Origin: the human T2T-CHM13v2.0 reference genome, Homo sapiens
Assembly: GCF_009914755.1 (NCBI RefSeq)
Contig: NC_060925.1
Reading direction: 5' to 3' (one strand)
Length of the DNA: 64,000 bases
This document shows, piece by piece, positions 60,711-64,000 of this stretch. Both the position numbers and the translations under genes were made by a program. Numbering within the stretch: position 1 is the stretch's first letter; each line of letters starts with the position of its first letter. The notes below the pieces were generated by a model that searched no databases, was not told the DNA's origin, and was given only the letters and a program-made list of their open reading frames with translations.

Positions 60711-61116
60711 CCGCTACGTAGCCGCTATTAAAGTCTGCATCCATCATTTTAGATAGTTACTCAATTTTAGTGTTTTGATTTTGTAATACCTTATGGTGGC
60801 TATCGCTCTCAGATTTGTGTTGTGTTCAGATTTCTTGAAAATGTTTTCTCCATGTTTATCTGAGAAATTGTTAAAAATAAAAATAATGAAAGCAAGATAT
60901 GGCCAAGGACAGGACTGAGTGGTCATGCTGACATAGATCTTTTCACATTTATTAATGGCTGTCTTTAGATAAAGTTGTAAAATTAATTCACCTTGCAATG
61001 GCCCCAAACTCCCCATCTTGTTTCTGAGGATACAGAGGTTTTTTTTTCATAGGTATCCTATAAAAGAGTTGCTTAGCCAGTCACCTTGCTACGACTGCAT
61101 AAGATATAATCACATC

Positions 61117-61158
61117 AACTTCTTAAACATTTGTAAACTTCTTAAACATTTGTAAACT
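61117..61158. repeat. Exact 19-bp tandem duplication (aacttcttaaacatttgta)x2
   Basis: Units at 61117-61135 and 61136-61154. Confidence 0.95.
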
Positions 61159-62042
61159 ATTTGTTTTGTGGTATGTTGGCTTTTTGTCTCAAACAGCTGA
61201 TTGTTCTGTGTATTATGAAGTACTCAAATCATTTCTGAGCCATTATCTTTGCTCACAGGATAATTCTACATCAAAACTTCTGTCATTATGCTATTATAGA
61301 GTTATTTTTCTATCATGATCTGATTGCCTGCTTATACTATCCACCTTATTTAAAATGCTTCATTGGTCACACAAGATTTTATCTATTTGTATATAAACTA
61401 AAATTCAAAATCTACTTATGGAAAAATATCTCCTATACCCTTGATCTATGTAGATGACAAACTCAACTCTTAGGAAAGAGAAGAAGGGATGATAGGAATT
61501 ACATCTCATAATTTCATTTTGAAAAACAAAAGTTGGTTGGTATCATGGAAGAGACAGGAATTTCAGGAGAGAGTGACCTTAGCTAATATACAGATAACAA
61601 AACTGTAGAAAGACAAGAGTATTAATAAGGCAAATGTATTTGTAGAATAGCAGAAAGAAAGGATTACCTTCAGAGGTAGGCTTGGTATAAAAGGAAGTAT
61701 CTCTTCTTATGATGGACGAGCTATAAAGCTATAAAGCCTATTTCTTCCAGGGGTGATACAGATGGAAATATGCTTAGATTCTAAATAGGTTTAGATAGAT
61801 TTATAAATACATCAATAATGTACCATCAAGGGCAGGACAGGTCATAGGAACATAAATATGATATTTTTGAGGGGAACTTTGGGTGGCCTATCACCTCATA
61901 CTCTTAAGAGAAGACTTATGTTGGATGGTTCAGCAGCTTGACCAATTTTGGGACATTCCTTTGTTCTTATAAGTGTTATCATAGTCAAATTACTCAGAGG
62001 AACAAATAGTTACAAACTCCCCGAGGTCTTAGATGACAAAAT

Positions 62043-62232
62043 TATATATATATATATATAATATATGTGTGTGTGTGTGTGTGTGTATGTACGTATATAT
62101 ATGTATGTATATATGTGTATGTGTATATGTATCTGTATCTGTATATAAGTATATGTATATATGTGTGTGTATATGTATATGTATGTATATATACATATAT
62201 ATGTATGTATACATATGTGTATGTATGTATAT
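62043..62232. repeat. (TA)/(TG)/(TATG) compound low-complexity repeat
   Basis: Read directly; it accounts for ORFs 62029..62272. Confidence 0.97.
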
Positions 62233-63662
62233 AGACACTGACATTACTCATAATTAAAAAACATCTTAACATTTTTGAGAAAGAGGCAAGGACTTCTTTT
62301 ACGCTGTATGACGGGAACTAGAGAATGTTGAAAGTCATAGGTCTGAAAATGTTTAATTACAAGTGCGTTTTCTTTAAAATCTATCCTTCAGTTGAGATGA
62401 CAGTAGCTGTCACCACACCCCTTTCCCTAGGTAGCCAAATTAATTGGGAAAAGAAAAAATGTGTTCATTGGAGTGGAGTCTCACACACTATCACAGTGCC
62501 CTTGACAGCACCCTGTTGTGGCCCCTGTTCCACCTATGTGATGGCCTTTCAGACATGACAAACAGTTTTTCTAGTTTCTTTAGGTGAAAAGATTTAACTG
62601 CCAATTAACGAGACACCCTAGGTTTAAAAAAAAGTGACCGTAACTTCGTAATTTTATTTTCCTAGCATCTGTTCTATTCAAGCCAAGCCTACTGCGGTGA
62701 TCTTCATCAAGACAATTCAGGGGTTTCCTAGCAACCAAGTTTCCTGTGGTTTCCTTGGTTATATGTAATGACATAACTCTTATGGGCAACTTCACAAAAA
62801 CACAGAAGAAAGCCCTCCTAAAGAATGAAATTCCAAAAAAAATCAGGTTACTGCTCACTGAGTGTCTCTGTTTAAAATGGAGAAATTTATCTTCGTGAAT
62901 GTTAATGACACTAATAAATAATTATGTAGCAATTGCAAAGTAAAATCACATGGTTATTTGATTTCTTTCATTGTTTTTGTTATATGCCTGATCTTAATTT
63001 GATTTCTGAAATCAGGATCCTTTTTCCATCTCTTCTAATTGACTGCCACATACTTAGACATATCCAGCAGATGAAAATTAGACAGTTAAAAAAATTACAT
63101 GAGAGGTCATTTATTAAAATAGCAGAGTTGTAGTTGCTCAAGAGTAGGAACCAATAATACTGCCTGTTTTTTACTAATAAAGTATATTATGAGGTTTGTA
63201 TGGCAGTATCAAGGGTTATTGGTGGAGGCCATTAAATAACTGTTAATGTATACTGAGAAGTAAATTTTCCATGCCAGCATGACCAACATTAGCTACTTTT
63301 ATGTACTTAATTGTTTTTTCCTTCTATATTCACAAAGACAAATTATACTGGGTAACTGTAATCTTTGGTGATATATCTAATATCCATAATATGTCAACCA
63401 AAGAAGAAATATAAATTTACACAATTAAGAGTAAAATTTGTGCAACATCGGCTATTCATCCTTGCATTTTCAGTGCCTATCATACAAGGCGGCTTGTGAT
63501 AAATATAAAATATTGGATTAATGAATGACCAGGGCTCAACAACTCCTTTGGTTTTTCCAGTGGAAATCAGAATTTAATATGAGGATCCCCAGATTAAAGT
63601 AATGCACACTTAGAAAAGGAGAAAAATATAATTAATACATCAGAAATTTTTGAGTTAGAGTA

Positions 63663-63860
63663 CAGTAAGTCCTCACTTGTTGTTGATAGGTTCTTGGAAA
63701 CTGTGACTTTAAGTGAACTGACATACTGGATAGTAGAACTAATTTTACCATAGTTTAATTGATACAAGCAAGAGTTCAGTTCCTACAGCATACAGTATAT
63801 ACAGTACCTTGTTTCCCTTAAAGTCACACTTTTCAAGAATCTATCCGTGAGGACTTACCA
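63663..63860. mobile_element. MER6-family (Tigger-type) MITE
   Basis: TA|cagtaagtcctcac...gataggttcttggaaactgtgactttaag / cttaaagtcacacttttcaagaatctatc...gtgaggacttacca|TA: long terminal inverted repeats and a TA TSD. Confidence 0.85.
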
Positions 63861-63879
63861 TATATATTCCTCTGCATAC

Positions 63880-64000
63880 TATTCATTTATTAATTAAATA
63901 TTTATTATGGACCTATTAGGTACCAGGTTCTGTGCCAAGTGCTCAGAGTACAACTGAGAACAAAATTAAATATGATTACAGCCTCAAGAAGCTTGAAAAT
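63880..64000 (-). mobile_element. L2 3' end
   Basis: attcatttattaattaaatatttattatggacctattaggtaccaggttctgtgccaagtgct. Confidence 0.7.

Noticed and set aside
62029-62272. His/Tyr/Ile- and Cys/Val-rich ORFs
   Set aside because: Translations of a (TA)/(TG) microsatellite.

Overview
AT-rich primate (human-like) genomic DNA, intronic or intergenic. I recognise no protein-coding gene, RNA gene or CRISPR array. Every ORF in the track is a remnant of L1, Alu or THE1, a low-complexity read-through, or a short chance ORF. The window is dominated by interspersed repeats: a partial THE1A and a full-length THE1B MaLR provirus, about 12 L1 fragments, 4 Alus with target-site duplications (TSDs), LTR16/MLT1 solo LTRs, DNA-transposon fossils, MIR/L2/CR1 relics and microsatellites. 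Subfamily names come from remembered consensus sequences, not a database search. The most unusual observations are: (1) a 353-bp near-perfect palindrome made of two head-to-head MER66-type LTR 3' ends (46390-46742), inserted into an L1 with TG...CA ends; (2) a candidate 21-nt frame-preserving microexon with neural-type splicing signals (50704-50724, + strand); (3) two near-perfect RFX X-boxes 88 bp apart (42071-42172); (4) four separate 5'-inverted (twin-primed) L1 insertions of different ages. I cannot name the host locus, and all functional readings are inferences.
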